Shown: positions 44,907 through 55,579, counted from the first letter of the stretch. The stretch is DNA of 64,000 bases from Actinomycetota bacterium (GCA_041658565.1 JBAZZY010000001.1:279405-343404); one strand, 5' to 3'. Translations and numbers: made by a program. The notes: generated by a model from the sequence alone, not told the origin.

Positions 44907-46376
44907 ATGTCGTTCATCCTGGCAATCGACGCCGGCACCACCGGCGTGACGGCACTGCTGATACGACCCGACGCCGGCGTGGCCGCGCGCGGGTATCGGG
45001 AGTTCCCTCAGCACTTCCCTCGCCCCGGCTGGGTCGAGCACGACCCCGAGGAGATCTGGCAAGCCGCACTCACCGCGGTGGCATCCGCAATCGAAGCCGC
45101 CAGAGCACGCCCGCAGGACGTCACCGCAATCGGGATCACCAATCAACGCGAAACGACCGTGCTGTGGGAGCGAGCAACCTTGCGCCCGGTAGCCAACGCA
45201 ATCGTATGGCAAGACCGGCGCACCGCCGGACGTTGCGACGAGTTGCGCGAGGACGAGACCGCATTGCGCGCAAAGACCGGGCTCGTCCTAGACCCCTACT
45301 TCAGCGCCACAAAGCTCGAGTGGTTGCTGACGAACATTCCCGGCGCGCGCACGCGCGCCGAGGCAGGGGAACTCGCTTTCGGCACGATCGACTCCTGGCT
45401 TGTCGCACGATTGACCGGCGGCGCCGAGCATGTGACCGACCCGACGAACGCCGGCCGGACGCTCCTGTACGACATCTATCGCCGCGAGTGGGACGACGCG
45501 CTGCTGTCGATGTTCGATGTCCCGCGCGCGCTCCTGCCCGAGATTCGCCCATCCAGCGGGCACTTCGGACAGGCCGATCTGCTCGGCGCGCGCGTGCCGA
45601 TCGCCGGAATCGCCGGCGACCAACAGGCGGCGCTGTTCGGACAGGGATGCTTCGAGCCCGGGATGACCAAGAACACCTACGGCACGGGGTCCTTTGTACT
45701 GATGAACGCGGGGACGAAAGCACCGTCACCGGCACCCGGATTGCTCGTCACCCCCGCTTGCGGCACCGACGGAGGGATCGCCTACGCGATGGAAGGCTCA
45801 ATCTTCGTCACCGGCGCAGCCATCCAATGGCTGCGCGACGGATTGGGCATCCTAGAGCACGCAGCCGAAACGGGAGCCCTTGCGGAAAGCGTTGCCGACA
45901 CCGCAGGGGTGTACTTCGTTCCCGCCCTCACGGGGCTAGGCTCCCCCCACTGGGACCCCTACGCGCGTGGCGCCATCCTCGGGATCACCCGGGGAACCGG
46001 CCGCGCGCACATCGTGCGCGCGGCCGTCGAAGCCATGGCTTACCAAACCCGCGACGTCACCGAGGCGATGGCCGGCGGAGCCGGCGTCCGACTTGCGGAG
46101 CTGCGCGTGGACGGCGGAGCGAGCGTGATGGACTTCCTGTGCCAGTTCCAGTCCGACCAACTCGGCGTGCCGGTGCGCAGACCCGCGATACAAGAGACGA
46201 CGGCTCTTGGGGCAGCCTTTCTTGCGGGGCTGTCCGAAGGCGTTTGGTCGTCGACAACCGAAATCTCCGACGCGTGGCGCCTGGACAAGGAGTTCTTGCC
46301 GCGCGAACCCGACGACAGGCTGTATGCGGGGTGGCTCCGTGCAGTCTCGCGCGCGCGAGACTGGGCGCGGGACTAA
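44907..46376 (+). CDS. glpK: glycerol kinase
   Basis: ..MSFILAIDAGTTGVTALL.. (FGGY N-terminus), ..GWVEHDPEEIW.. , ..GITNQRETTVLW.. , ..GTGSFVLMNAG... Start at internal ATG 44907; the track ORF is over-extended to 44565. Confidence 0.9.
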   Translation: MSFILAIDAGTTGVTALLIRPDAGVAARGYREFPQHFPRPGWVEHDPEEIWQAALTAVASAIEAARARPQDVTAIGITNQRETTVLWERATLRPVANAIVWQDRRTAGRCDELREDETALRAKTGLVLDPYFSATKLEWLLTNIPGARTRAEAGELAFGTIDSWLVARLTGGAEHVTDPTNAGRTLLYDIYRREWDDALLSMFDVPRALLPEIRPSSGHFGQADLLGARVPIAGIAGDQQAALFGQGCFEPGMTKNTYGTGSFVLMNAGTKAPSPAPGLLVTPACGTDGGIAYAMEGSIFVTGAAIQWLRDGLGILEHAAETGALAESVADTAGVYFVPALTGLGSPHWDPYARGAILGITRGTGRAHIVRAAVEAMAYQTRDVTEAMAGGAGVRLAELRVDGGASVMDFLCQFQSDQLGVPVRRPAIQETTALGAAFLAGLSEGVWSSTTEISDAWRLDKEFLPREPDDRLYAGWLRAVSRARDWARD

Positions 46377-47068
46377 CTCGCGCGCCGCTCGGGTTCGCCG
46401 GATCCGAGAGAAGACGCCGGGCGCGCGCCGCCCTTCTTGAACTTCGACGCGTACTCGTCGACGTACTCCTGCCCGGCCAGCAGCATCAACTCGTACATCA
46501 ACTCGTCGGTCACCGACCGCAGCACAAAGCGATCGTCTTCCTTGCCGTCGTAGCGCGAGAAGTCCAGCGGCTTGCCGTAACGCACGCCGACACGCCGGCG
46601 CTTGGGAATGTACTTGCCCGTCGGCAATGCGTCGTTGGTCCCGAACACAGCAACCGGGATGATCGGACAGTGCGCGCGCAGCGCCATCCGCGCGGGGCCC
46701 GTCTTCCCCCGGTACAGCCGGCCGTCCGGCGATCGCGTGCCTTCCGGATAAACGCCAACCACCATTCCCTTCTTGAGCTGTTCGACCCCGGCCTGCAGGG
46801 ATGCCTCGCCCGCGCTCCCACCCTCTCGCCGCACCGGAATAACACCGACTCCGGCATAAAACCAACGCGTATACCACTTGTCGAAGTAATCGCTCTTGCC
46901 GAGGAACACTACTTTGCGCGGGATCATGACGGGCACCAAGAAGCTGTCAATAAACGACAGGTGGTTAGGGCACAGAACGACCGGCCCGTCCTTTGGGATG
47001 TTCTCGACTCCCTCAGCCCACGGGCGAAAGAGCAGCCGAAAGATCGGCCCGATGATTACGTACTTCAT
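46373..47068 (-). CDS. 1-acyl-sn-glycerol-3-phosphate acyltransferase family (PlsC)
   Basis: HxxxxD motif ..CPNHLSFIDS.. and ..VYPEGTRS.. block. Start at MKYVIIGPIF (47068); the track ORF is over-extended to 47938. Stop TAG overlaps the glpK TAA by 2 nt (convergent). Confidence 0.8.
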   Translation of the reverse strand: MKYVIIGPIFRLLFRPWAEGVENIPKDGPVVLCPNHLSFIDSFLVPVMIPRKVVFLGKSDYFDKWYTRWFYAGVGVIPVRREGGSAGEASLQAGVEQLKKGMVVGVYPEGTRSPDGRLYRGKTGPARMALRAHCPIIPVAVFGTNDALPTGKYIPKRRRVGVRYGKPLDFSRYDGKEDDRFVLRSVTDELMYELMLLAGQEYVDEYASKFKKGGARPASSLGSGEPERRAS

Positions 47069-47305
47069 CAAGTAGTACAACAACTCACCCAGACTCCCAG
47101 TGCCCCGTGGTCCTTGGTGGACCGCTCCCCGCAGGCGTTCCGCAGCAAGCCTACCTTGCCCTCCGATCCCCGCCAAGGGGTTTGGAAGCCTGCGTCCGAT
47201 CCATTCATGGAGAAACCTCCCGTCGCACGACCCTTGCGTGTTAGCGTACGAACGAGGAACGACCAGCGGGTTTCCGAAACATGAAGCTCGGGTTAAGGAG
47301 GCAGC

Positions 47306-48061
47306 ATGAGCACCATCGAGATCATGCGCGGGGCCGAACCTTGGGGCTCGGACGGGGATCGCACGGGTGCGCTCTTCCTGCACGGCTTCACGGGAACCCC
47401 ACAGAGCGTTCGCGCCTGGGCCGAAGGCGTCGCCCGGGACGGCCACACCGTTCTGGTCCCTCGCCTGCCCGGACACGGCACGACCGTGGCCGACATGCAG
47501 ACCACCAGCGCCGAGGACTGGGTCGGCGAAGCCGAGATGAGCCTTCGCGGCCTTCGCGAACGGTGCGACCGGATCTTCGTTTGCGGACTGTCGATGGGTG
47601 GAACTCTGACGTTGGACATCGCCGCACGCCTCTCGGAATGGATCACCGGCATCATCGTGGTCAACCCCGCCGTCTACACGACCGATCCCCGCCGAGTTCT
47701 GGCACCGCTGCTGGGCCGGCTGCCGCTCACGCTCAAGGGGGTAGCCGGCGACATCGCCGACCCCGAGCAGTCCGAACTTGCCTACGACCGCGTTCCAACC
47801 AAGGCCGCATCCTCGATGCTCGGATACCAAGATCGGGTCAAGGCCCGCCTGGGCAGCGTCCGCGCTCCGGCCCTCGTTTTCACTTCGCGCCAGGACCACG
47901 TCGTGAACCCAGGCAACGGCCCCTTCGTCATCGAACACATTGCATCCAGCGACAAAGAACTCGTGTGGCTCGAGCGCTCATATCACGTCGCGACCCTGGA
48001 CTTCGATCGCGACTTGATCCTGGAGCGCACCATCCAGTTCATAAAGGAACGCACCGACTAA
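47306..48061 (+). CDS. alpha/beta-hydrolase (carboxylesterase / lysophospholipase-like)
   Basis: AAGGAGG RBS. ..ALFLHGFTGTPQSV.. and nucleophile elbow ..VCGLSMGGTLTL.. (GxSxG). Confidence 0.8.
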   Translation: MSTIEIMRGAEPWGSDGDRTGALFLHGFTGTPQSVRAWAEGVARDGHTVLVPRLPGHGTTVADMQTTSAEDWVGEAEMSLRGLRERCDRIFVCGLSMGGTLTLDIAARLSEWITGIIVVNPAVYTTDPRRVLAPLLGRLPLTLKGVAGDIADPEQSELAYDRVPTKAASSMLGYQDRVKARLGSVRAPALVFTSRQDHVVNPGNGPFVIEHIASSDKELVWLERSYHVATLDFDRDLILERTIQFIKERTD

Positions 48062-48063
48062 CC

Positions 48064-48387
48064 GTGAGCCACGTGGAACCGCCTGCCCGCAGCGCATACC
48101 TCGGCAGCTTCGATGAACTCGAAGCCCGAGTCGTGATCGAGATACTGAGCGCCCGGGGCGTGCGAGCGTTTCTCAAACACGATCCCGCCCGGGGGGAATC
48201 CGCTCCCTACCCGTCCATGAGCGACAGCGGGGTAGTTCTGGTCGACTCCGCCCACTTGCAAGAGGCTCGCCGGATCGTGACGGAGGAGTTGCCTGCGCAC
48301 CTGGAAGGAATCCGTCAGGCGATGGATCTTCTGGAAAGCGGATCATCCCCGGACGACGCGACCTCGGGCGACGGCCTTCCCGAATGA
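48064..48387 (+). CDS. DUF2007-like small protein (putative signal-transducing, 107 aa), GTG start
   Basis: In-frame with track ORF 47281..48387 but genuinely begins at GTG 48064, 3 nt after the hydrolase stop. ..LGSFDELEARVVIEILSARGVRAFLKHDP......SGVVLVDSAHLQEARRIV.. resembles DUF2007. Confidence 0.4.
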   Translation: MSHVEPPARSAYLGSFDELEARVVIEILSARGVRAFLKHDPARGESAPYPSMSDSGVVLVDSAHLQEARRIVTEELPAHLEGIRQAMDLLESGSSPDDATSGDGLPE

Positions 48388-48412
48388 TCTGAGCCGAACG
48401 ACGCGGCGCGGC

Positions 48413-49339
48413 TCACGCAACGATCTCGGTGCCGGCCCGTCCCGCGAGTGCGTCCTCAACCTGGGACAACGACGCGATGATCGCTCGTCCACCCGCGGTG
48501 ACGACCTGAACGGCCGCCGACACCTTCGGACCCATCGAACCTGGGGGGAACTCCCCCGACGCCAGCCCCGCGCGCGCATCCACGATCGTCAGCCTGTCGA
48601 TCGGCCGGGCGTCCGGCGTGCCGAATCCGCGCACAACGCGCTCGACGTCGGTGAGGACAAGCAGCAAATCGGCCCTCGCCGCGCGCACCAGCACTGCGGC
48701 CGACAGGTCCTTGTCGACCACGGCGGATATGCCTCGATAAGCGTTGCCCTCGCGTACCACCGGAATGCCGCCTCCACCAGCGGCGATCGGGATCACGTCG
48801 CGCTCCAACAACGCGCGCAACGCGTCCTCCTCGACGATCGCGTACGGCTCAGGAGACGCCACCAATCGCCGCCAACCGCCTCCTGAGACCGCTCCGACCG
48901 CGTGACCGCGCGCGCGCAGGTCCCGGGCAGCGCTGTCTGTGAGGTGGGGGCCAACAGGCTTGGAAGGATGGTCCATCGCCGGATCGGCGACATCCACGAC
49001 CGACTGCGTCACGACCGTCACGACGCAGCGCGGAACCCATGCCCGGCGAAGCGCCGCGACAAGTTCCTGCTGGATGAGGTATCCGAGCTGTCCTTGCGTC
49101 TCGGCCACCAGCACATCGAGAGGGAGCGGCGGAAACTGCCCCGGCAAGACCTCGTTTTGCACGAGCAGTCGCCCGACTTGCGGACCGTTGCCGTGGGTGA
49201 GAACCAGTTGGTGCCCCGCGACCACTAGGCGCGCTAGATCTTCGCACGCCTCACGAATCACCGCTCGTTGTTCCGAGATCGTTCCGCGCTCGCCTCGGTG
49301 CAGGATCGCGTTTCCACCCAGCGCCACGACAATGCGCAT
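48413..49339 (-). CDS. arcC: carbamate kinase
   Basis: MRIVVALGGNAIL....VLTHGNGPQVG.. carbamate-kinase N-terminus and overall amino-acid-kinase fold. Confidence 0.85.
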   Translation of the reverse strand: MRIVVALGGNAILHRGERGTISEQRAVIREACEDLARLVVAGHQLVLTHGNGPQVGRLLVQNEVLPGQFPPLPLDVLVAETQGQLGYLIQQELVAALRRAWVPRCVVTVVTQSVVDVADPAMDHPSKPVGPHLTDSAARDLRARGHAVGAVSGGGWRRLVASPEPYAIVEEDALRALLERDVIPIAAGGGGIPVVREGNAYRGISAVVDKDLSAAVLVRAARADLLLVLTDVERVVRGFGTPDARPIDRLTIVDARAGLASGEFPPGSMGPKVSAAVQVVTAGGRAIIASLSQVEDALAGRAGTEIVA

Positions 49340-49341
49340 GA

Positions 49342-50670
49342 CTACGACGTGATCGGTCCCAGCGCGTCGGAAAGCGTGGGTGCGCCGACCTCTTCCAGTT
49401 CGTAGGTCACTCGCACCGCGGGCTTCTTCAAGGACAAGATCCGACGGAGATCGACCGGAGTAGCGATGACGACCACATCCACTGGAGTGCGGTCGATGGT
49501 CTCCGCGAGGTCGGCTACCTGTCGGTCCGAATACCCCATCGCCGGCAGCAGCGGGCCGATCCCCGGATACCGATCAAACGTCTCAGCAATCGTGCCGACG
49601 GCCCACTGACGCGGGTCCACGATCTCCGCCGCCCCGGCCGCGCGCGCGGCCACAACGCCGGCTCCGAACAACATCCCGCCATGGGTGACCGTCGGTCCGT
49701 CCTCGATGACCAGAACGCGACGACCGGCCAGTTCCACATCACCCGACACCGTGATCGGAGAACGCGCGCGTATCACCGTCGCCGCCGGATTGAGGTTGCG
49801 CACAGATGCCTCAACCTCCGCCACTTGCTCGGGTGTCGCAGAGTCGATCTTGTTGATCAAGATCGCGTGCGCCATGCGGACGTTCGCCTCACCCGGGTGG
49901 TACCGGCTCTCGTGACCGGCCCGCAGCGGGTCGACAACGGTGATGTGCACGTCGGGACGGAAGAACGGTAGGTCGTTGTTCCCGCCATCCCACAGCACAA
50001 CGTCGGCTTCTTCCTCGGCCCGTCGCAAGACGTCCTCGTAGTCGACGCCCGAGTACACGACGCTGCCGCGCGCGATGTGCGGTTCGTACTCCTCACGCTC
50101 CTCGATCGTGACGTGGGCCGCATCCAGATCCGCGAGTGAGGCAAAACGCTGCACGCGACTCGCCTCCAGGTTCCCGTACGGCATGGGGTGCCGCACCACG
50201 ACGACACGCATCCCCGCGTCCTTCAGAATCTCGGCGACCCTTCGCGTGGTTTGCGATTTCCCGGCGCCTGTGCGGGCGGCGCACACGGCGGCAACCGGTT
50301 TGATCGAATGCAGCATCGTCAGATGAGGTCCGAGCAACCGGAAATCCGCACCGGCGGCGATCGCGATCGACGCCGAGTGCATCACCGTCTCGTGAGACAC
50401 GTCGGAGTAGGAGAACACGACCTCGTCCACGCGCTCGCCCCACACCAGATCCGCGAGATCCTCTTCCGAAACGATGCGAATCCCCTTCGGGTACAAAGGC
50501 CCCGCCAGAGCATGCGGATACGCCCGGTCCTCGATGTAGGGGATCTGGGTTGCAGTGAAGGCCACGACCTCGGTGTTCGGGTCGTTGCGAAACACCGTGT
50601 TGAAGTTGTGGAAGTCGCGGCCCGCGGCCCCCATGATCACGACGCGACGCCGTCCGTCAACCTGAGTCAT
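49342..50670 (-). CDS. P-loop NTPase of the cyclic 2,3-diphosphoglycerate-synthetase-like family (function uncertain)
   Basis: 442 aa. N-terminal Rossmann-like ..RVVIMGAAGRDFHNFNTVFRNDP.. and Walker A ..AARTGAGKSQTTRRV... Start 2 nt after the arcC stop, so likely co-transcribed. Confidence 0.45.
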   Translation of the reverse strand: MTQVDGRRRVVIMGAAGRDFHNFNTVFRNDPNTEVVAFTATQIPYIEDRAYPHALAGPLYPKGIRIVSEEDLADLVWGERVDEVVFSYSDVSHETVMHSASIAIAAGADFRLLGPHLTMLHSIKPVAAVCAARTGAGKSQTTRRVAEILKDAGMRVVVVRHPMPYGNLEASRVQRFASLADLDAAHVTIEEREEYEPHIARGSVVYSGVDYEDVLRRAEEEADVVLWDGGNNDLPFFRPDVHITVVDPLRAGHESRYHPGEANVRMAHAILINKIDSATPEQVAEVEASVRNLNPAATVIRARSPITVSGDVELAGRRVLVIEDGPTVTHGGMLFGAGVVAARAAGAAEIVDPRQWAVGTIAETFDRYPGIGPLLPAMGYSDRQVADLAETIDRTPVDVVVIATPVDLRRILSLKKPAVRVTYELEEVGAPTLSDALGPITS

Positions 50671-50732
50671 AGCGCCATGCTACCCGCACGCGTCCCGAAC
50701 AGAAGGGTCTCTCGGCCGAATCGGCCCCCGAG

Positions 50733-50963
50733 CTACAGCAAGTCCTTGCCTTGCGGAACCACCAGGTACCCCGCGTCCTCGATCGCACTCTCGAGCGCGG
50801 CTCGCTCGACGGGGCCGCTCGCGCCCACTACCACCAAACCCGTCGAGTGGTCGGCCTTCACGTCCGCAACCCCTGGTATCCGCCCCAGTGCGTTTCGAAC
50901 GCTCTGCTCGCAACCCCCGCAAGTCATTCCACCGACGGTCAGCTCGATCATGTCCATTGTCAT
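50733..50963 (-). CDS. copZ: copper chaperone CopZ (HMA domain)
   Basis: GMTCGGC metal-binding motif. ATGA overlap with the copA stop. Confidence 0.8.
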   Translation of the reverse strand: MTMDMIELTVGGMTCGGCEQSVRNALGRIPGVADVKADHSTGLVVVGASGPVERAALESAIEDAGYLVVPQGKDLL

Positions 50964-53134
50964 CCTCCAGTCACCGGACTCACCCGTTTCAGCCGCAAAG
51001 CGTTGGCCACCACACTCACGCTCGAGAAGGCCATCGCCAGCCCCGCGAGCATCGGGTTGACCTTCCCCGCCGCGGCCAGTGGGATGAGCAGAACGTTGTA
51101 GCCGAACGCCCAGAACAGATTCTGAACGATAGTGCGAAACGTGCGGCGCGACAGCCGGATCGCCGTCGGAACGCCCAGCAGATCGTCCCCCACCAGGGTG
51201 ATGTCGCTGGCCTCAATCGCCACGTCCGTCCCGCTCCCGATGGCGATCCCAAGGTCGGCGGTCGCCAGGGCCGGTGCGTCGTTGATTCCGTCGCCGACCA
51301 TAGCCACGCGACGACCCGAGGCTTGGATCTCGCGAACGACCTCCGCCTTGCGTCCGGGAAGGACGCCCGCCACAACCTCACTGATTCCGGCCTGGCGCGC
51401 GATTGCCTCCGCCGTCGCGCGGTTGTCACCGGTCAGCAAGACCGTCGACAACCCCAGCCGTTCGATCGCGCGCACGGCCCCAGGGCTCGTCGGCTTGATC
51501 GTGTCGGCAACGGCGATAAGTCCTCGAACCCGTCGGTCCCACCCCACTGCGAACACGCTCTTTCCCTGCGATTCCATCGACGCGCGCCGCTCATCCAACT
51601 CCGTACACGACATCAAGCCCGCTTCACCCAAGAACTCCGGACGTCCGACGAGCACATCGCGACCCTCCACCACGCCGCGCGCGCCCCGACCTCCCGAAGC
51701 CGCGAACCCTTCCGCTCCCGAAATCGAGAGACCCTCCAAGTTCGCCTGCGCCACCACAGCCTTCGCGATGGGATGCTCACTCAGCGCCTCAACCGAGGCA
51801 GCGAGCCGCAGCAACTCAGACGTGCTTGCCGCTCCGTGGTTCCACGTATCGACGACGACATCGGTCACCGACATCCGGCCAAGCGTGACCGTTCCCGTCT
51901 TGTCGAGCAGCACGACGTCCACGGAACGTGAACGTTCGAGAACTTCCCCGCCGCGAATCAGCACGCCGAGCTGTGCGCCGCGCCCGGTTCCAACCATGAT
52001 CGCTACCGGAGTCGCCAAACCCATCGCGCACGGACATGCCACGATCAGCACCGCGACGGTCGGAACAAGGGCCTCCCCGACGGGCTTCCCCGCAAACATC
52101 CACGCGGCGAAGGTCCCCGCCGCAATCAGCAGCACGATTGGAACGAACACGCCGGCGACGCGATCGACTAAGCGCTGAATCGGTGCCTTCGAGTCCTGGG
52201 CCTCCTCCACCAATCGAACGATCTGCGAGAGCGCGGTGTCAGCGCCGATCCGCGTGGCGTCGACCATGAGAGCGCCCTCCCGGTTGATCGTTCCACCAAT
52301 CACCTCGTCGCCGAGAACCTTCTCGCGAGGAACGCTCTCGCCCGTCACCATGGACTCATCCACGGCCGACGCACCCGAGACCACTACTCCGTCTGTGGGA
52401 ATCTTCTCTCCCGGGCGAATAACAAGTCGGTCACCGACCTGTATCCGGGCGGCCGGAATGACTATCTCGGCGCCGTCGCGCAAGACCCGCGCCTCCTTGG
52501 CTCCCAACTCCAAAAGGGCCCGGATCGCCGCCGACGCGCGCCCGCGCGCGCCGGCCTCCAAGTACTTGCCGAGCAAGATGAAAGCGATGACCGCGGCGGC
52601 GATCTCGAAGTAGACATCGTCCCTGCCCGACAGGAACGACCACACGCTGTAGGTGTACGCCGATAGCGTGCCGACCGACACCAGAGTATCCATGTTGGAC
52701 TCGCCCATTCGAGCTTTCTTCACAGCACTCGAGAGGAACGGCCATCCCGCCCAGAACTGCACCGGCGTCACCAGGGCCCACACAATCGCGATCGCCCAAC
52801 GATGGTGAACGCCGCTCATCCCGATTGCGACTGCCGGAATCGCAAGGCCCGCCGCAACCAGCAACCGCCGGGCGTACATGCGCTCCGGCGACACGATCTC
52901 TCGAGCAGTCCCGCGCGGAGTCGCACCGTAACCTGCTCGTTCGACGGCCTCGATCAAGGCCTCTACCCGCACGGCGTCGGACAGCACCACGCGCGCGTGC
53001 TCGGTCGCGAAATTAACACTGGCCGATGTAACGCCGGCCTGTCGCCCAAGAACTCTTTCAATCCTGGAAGCGCAAGCCGCGCAAGTCATCCCCTGGATAT
53101 CAAGCTCGATCGGAAGGTTCTCGCCCGTTGTCAC
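50960..53134 (-). CDS. copA: copper-translocating P1B-type ATPase
   Basis: N-terminal HMA (..[19 protein letters not shown]..), CPC motif ..[12 protein letters not shown].., ..DKTGTVT.. phosphorylation site, ..[10 protein letters not shown]... Start set at GTG 53134 to avoid overlap with glk; the track extends to 53233. Confidence 0.9.
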   Translation of the reverse strand: MTTGENLPIELDIQGMTCAACASRIERVLGRQAGVTSASVNFATEHARVVLSDAVRVEALIEAVERAGYGATPRGTAREIVSPERMYARRLLVAAGLAIPAVAIGMSGVHHRWAIAIVWALVTPVQFWAGWPFLSSAVKKARMGESNMDTLVSVGTLSAYTYSVWSFLSGRDDVYFEIAAAVIAFILLGKYLEAGARGRASAAIRALLELGAKEARVLRDGAEIVIPAARIQVGDRLVIRPGEKIPTDGVVVSGASAVDESMVTGESVPREKVLGDEVIGGTINREGALMVDATRIGADTALSQIVRLVEEAQDSKAPIQRLVDRVAGVFVPIVLLIAAGTFAAWMFAGKPVGEALVPTVAVLIVACPCAMGLATPVAIMVGTGRGAQLGVLIRGGEVLERSRSVDVVLLDKTGTVTLGRMSVTDVVVDTWNHGAASTSELLRLAASVEALSEHPIAKAVVAQANLEGLSISGAEGFAASGGRGARGVVEGRDVLVGRPEFLGEAGLMSCTELDERRASMESQGKSVFAVGWDRRVRGLIAVADTIKPTSPGAVRAIERLGLSTVLLTGDNRATAEAIARQAGISEVVAGVLPGRKAEVVREIQASGRRVAMVGDGINDAPALATADLGIAIGSGTDVAIEASDITLVGDDLLGVPTAIRLSRRTFRTIVQNLFWAFGYNVLLIPLAAAGKVNPMLAGLAMAFSSVSVVANALRLKRVSPVTGG

Positions 53135-53165
53135 GTGACCCAGTATACCCCCAGGGGGTATCCGG

Positions 53166-54131
53166 TCAATCCGGCGCGCGCCTGCCGGAGGCCACCTGAC
53201 GCGCGAGGGCCGCGGCCCCGATAACGCCGGCATCGTCGCCGAGCATCGCGGGAACGACCGGCGGATGACTACGAAACTCGTCCCCCATCACGGCCCCGCG
53301 CATTCGGGCGCGCGCCGGTGCGAGCAGCAGTTCCCCGACCCCTGTTGCGACGCCTCCGCCGACGACGACGACGTCGGGATCGAGCAAGTTGACCAGGCTC
53401 GCGATACCCACTCCGAGCCACCCCCCGGCTTCGGCAACCACGGAAACCGCAAAAGGGTCTCCTTCGACGGCCGCATCCCCCACCATCTCGCCCGTAATCG
53501 CCGCGAGATCACCTGAGGCGCGCGCCAGCACACCGGCGGCCGCCGGGTCATCACCGCGCTCGCGGGCGATGCGGCCGATCGCGGTTCCGCTTGCCATCGC
53601 CTCCAAACACCCGCGCGCGCCGCAACCGCACACCGGTCCCCCGGCGTTGACCACCATGTGTCCGACCTCCGCGGCGGCTCCATGCGCGCCCCGGTACAAC
53701 TCGCCCCCCAGGACGAAACCCCCGCCGACGCCGGTGCCCACCGTCAGCAGAATCTGGTCTCGGGCGCCCGCTCCCGCGCCGTGAAACGCCTCGCCCCACG
53801 CGGCCACGTTTGCGTCGTTGTCGACCACAACCGGGACGCCGAGTCGACCCGCCAGCATCGAGCGGAGCGGGACATCACGCCACGAAATGTTGGGAGCGAA
53901 TAGCACCACTCCGCGGCGGAAATCGACGATTCCGGCAGCACCTACGCCGACGGCCGCGATGCCTGGAGCCGCCGCGTGCAATTCCGCCGCCACTTTGACG
54001 ATTCCCGCCACTACCGCTTCGGGCCGGCCGGCCTCGGTGAGAACCTTGCGGCGTGCCAGAACCGCCCCGGAATCGTCAACGACGCCCGCAGCAATCTTGG
54101 TGCCGCCGACATCGATACCGAGCGTAAGCAT
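53166..54131 (-). CDS. glk: ROK-family glucokinase
   Basis: ..[22 protein letters not shown].. , ROK zinc motif ..[10 protein letters not shown]... ATG 54131 is 2 nt after the stop of the small upstream ORF. Confidence 0.8.
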   Translation of the reverse strand: MLTLGIDVGGTKIAAGVVDDSGAVLARRKVLTEAGRPEAVVAGIVKVAAELHAAAPGIAAVGVGAAGIVDFRRGVVLFAPNISWRDVPLRSMLAGRLGVPVVVDNDANVAAWGEAFHGAGAGARDQILLTVGTGVGGGFVLGGELYRGAHGAAAEVGHMVVNAGGPVCGCGARGCLEAMASGTAIGRIARERGDDPAAAGVLARASGDLAAITGEMVGDAAVEGDPFAVSVVAEAGGWLGVGIASLVNLLDPDVVVVGGGVATGVGELLLAPARARMRGAVMGDEFRSHPPVVPAMLGDDAGVIGAAALARQVASGRRAPD

Positions 54132-54133
54132 CG

Positions 54134-54382
54134 TCAGAGGATCGGGATGCGCTGCAACCGCTCGGCCTGCTCCCACCGTTCCGCATGCTGGTCAACGACC
54201 GCCTTGAACGCCTGAAACAACTCGAAGCCGGCCTTCATCAGATGCTCCATGACTTCCGGTTTGGTCTGACGCAGGGTGGAGAACACGACACCGAACGGGC
54301 ACAGCACGCAGTCCGGGGATGAACATCCATGCTGAGCGTGCGGGCGCTCGGTTGCGCCGTCTTCGGATGTGACAAAAGACAT
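54134..54382 (-). CDS. small hypothetical protein (82 aa) with H-G-C-x5-C-x2-C motif
   Basis: ATG directly abuts the ArsA-like gene stop (TAGATG). ..HGCSSPDCVLCP.. potential metal/redox site. Sandwiched and translationally coupled between the ArsA-like ATPase and glk. Confidence 0.45.
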   Translation of the reverse strand: MSFVTSEDGATERPHAQHGCSSPDCVLCPFGVVFSTLRQTKPEVMEHLMKAGFELFQAFKAVVDQHAERWEQAERLQRIPIL

Positions 54383-55579
54383 CTATGAAGCTCCTTCGGT
54401 GGCGTTCGCCGGTGCACGATGGGCGAAGCGCACCACCAACCGGTCACCTTCGAACACCGCCCCGGCGATGTCTAAGCGCGTCAGTGCGCTCGGAAGCATG
54501 AATGTTCTCTTGTATGGCCCGACCTTGACGTACAGGTCATCGCCTTTACGCATGAGGTCGAGATCGCTCCTGCCGGCGAACGGAAGCCGCAGCGACAGGA
54601 CGTACCCGCCGTCTTGCTTGTCGATGCGAACCGGGTCGTCGGCGTGGAATACGCCGGCCGGATCCTGGTCCCCGTACAGATCGCCCCCGAGTCGGTCGAG
54701 CAACTCGACCCCGATCATCTCGCGGTCGTAGAGGGGGACCCGCAGTACCGGGATCGGAGCGAACGACTCCCCGATCGTCTTCAGGTGCTCGCCCTGGACC
54801 TTCTTCCATTCGGCGAAGTAAGGATCCACCACGGTCTCGGGAATCAGCCGGTTACACACGACGGCATCCACGCGGTAGCCGAACAAACTGAGGTAGGTGT
54901 AGGTCCGGCGAGCCTCAGCGATCACCATTCGCTCGGCGTTGACCACCAAACGCACTGTCGTCAGCTCTTTGTCAACCAGAAGCTTGTGCACGCTCTCCAG
55001 CGAGGAGTGCAATCGGGAAATCGCGCTGAAGATCTTGTCGTCAGCGATCGGCATCGAGGTTACGCGCGTTACCAGCGGACGCACAACCTTCATCACGCGT
55101 CGCTCGACCGGGAAGATCCGCTCGATATACCAGTTCATCGCGTCCGGCAGGCTGAGCAACCGGAGCGTCTCTGCCGTCGGAGCACAGTCAACGACGAGCA
55201 GGTCGTAGCGGTGCGACTCCGCGGCGCGCTTTACGTCTGTCAGACTGAAGATCTCGTCGAGGCCGGGGATGACCGAAAGCTCTTCGGCGGCAACCGCGTC
55301 CACGCCCCCCCAGTCCATCAGGGACAGCACGTACTCCTGGATCTCGCGCCAGCCCTCTTCGAGCCGCTTCTGCGCATCGATCTGTTGACCCCACAGATTG
55401 TGCTCGAGGTTGGTCGGCTCACTGCCCAAGTCGCGGTCGAAGGCGTCGGCAAGGGAATGCGCCGGATCCGTCGACATGACCAACGTTCGCAGGCCGGAAC
55501 GAGCCGCTCGAAGGGCGGTCGCCGCAGCGACCGTCGTCTTTCCGACGCCGCCCTTGCCTGTGAACAGCAGAATGCGCAT
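54383..55579 (-). CDS. ArsA/GET3-family anion-transporting-type ATPase
   Basis: Deviant Walker A MRILLFTGKGGVGKTTVAAATA and ArsA signature ..MSTDPAHSLADAF... Single ATPase domain. Confidence 0.8.
   Translation of the reverse strand: MRILLFTGKGGVGKTTVAAATALRAARSGLRTLVMSTDPAHSLADAFDRDLGSEPTNLEHNLWGQQIDAQKRLEEGWREIQEYVLSLMDWGGVDAVAAEELSVIPGLDEIFSLTDVKRAAESHRYDLLVVDCAPTAETLRLLSLPDAMNWYIERIFPVERRVMKVVRPLVTRVTSMPIADDKIFSAISRLHSSLESVHKLLVDKELTTVRLVVNAERMVIAEARRTYTYLSLFGYRVDAVVCNRLIPETVVDPYFAEWKKVQGEHLKTIGESFAPIPVLRVPLYDREMIGVELLDRLGGDLYGDQDPAGVFHADDPVRIDKQDGGYVLSLRLPFAGRSDLDLMRKGDDLYVKVGPYKRTFMLPSALTRLDIAGAVFEGDRLVVRFAHRAPANATEGAS

Noticed and set aside
45164-47284. 706-aa plus-strand ORF spanning the glpK 3' end and antisense of plsC
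   Set aside because: Off-frame or antisense Arg-rich artefact. glpK (frame of 44907) and plsC (minus) account for the region.
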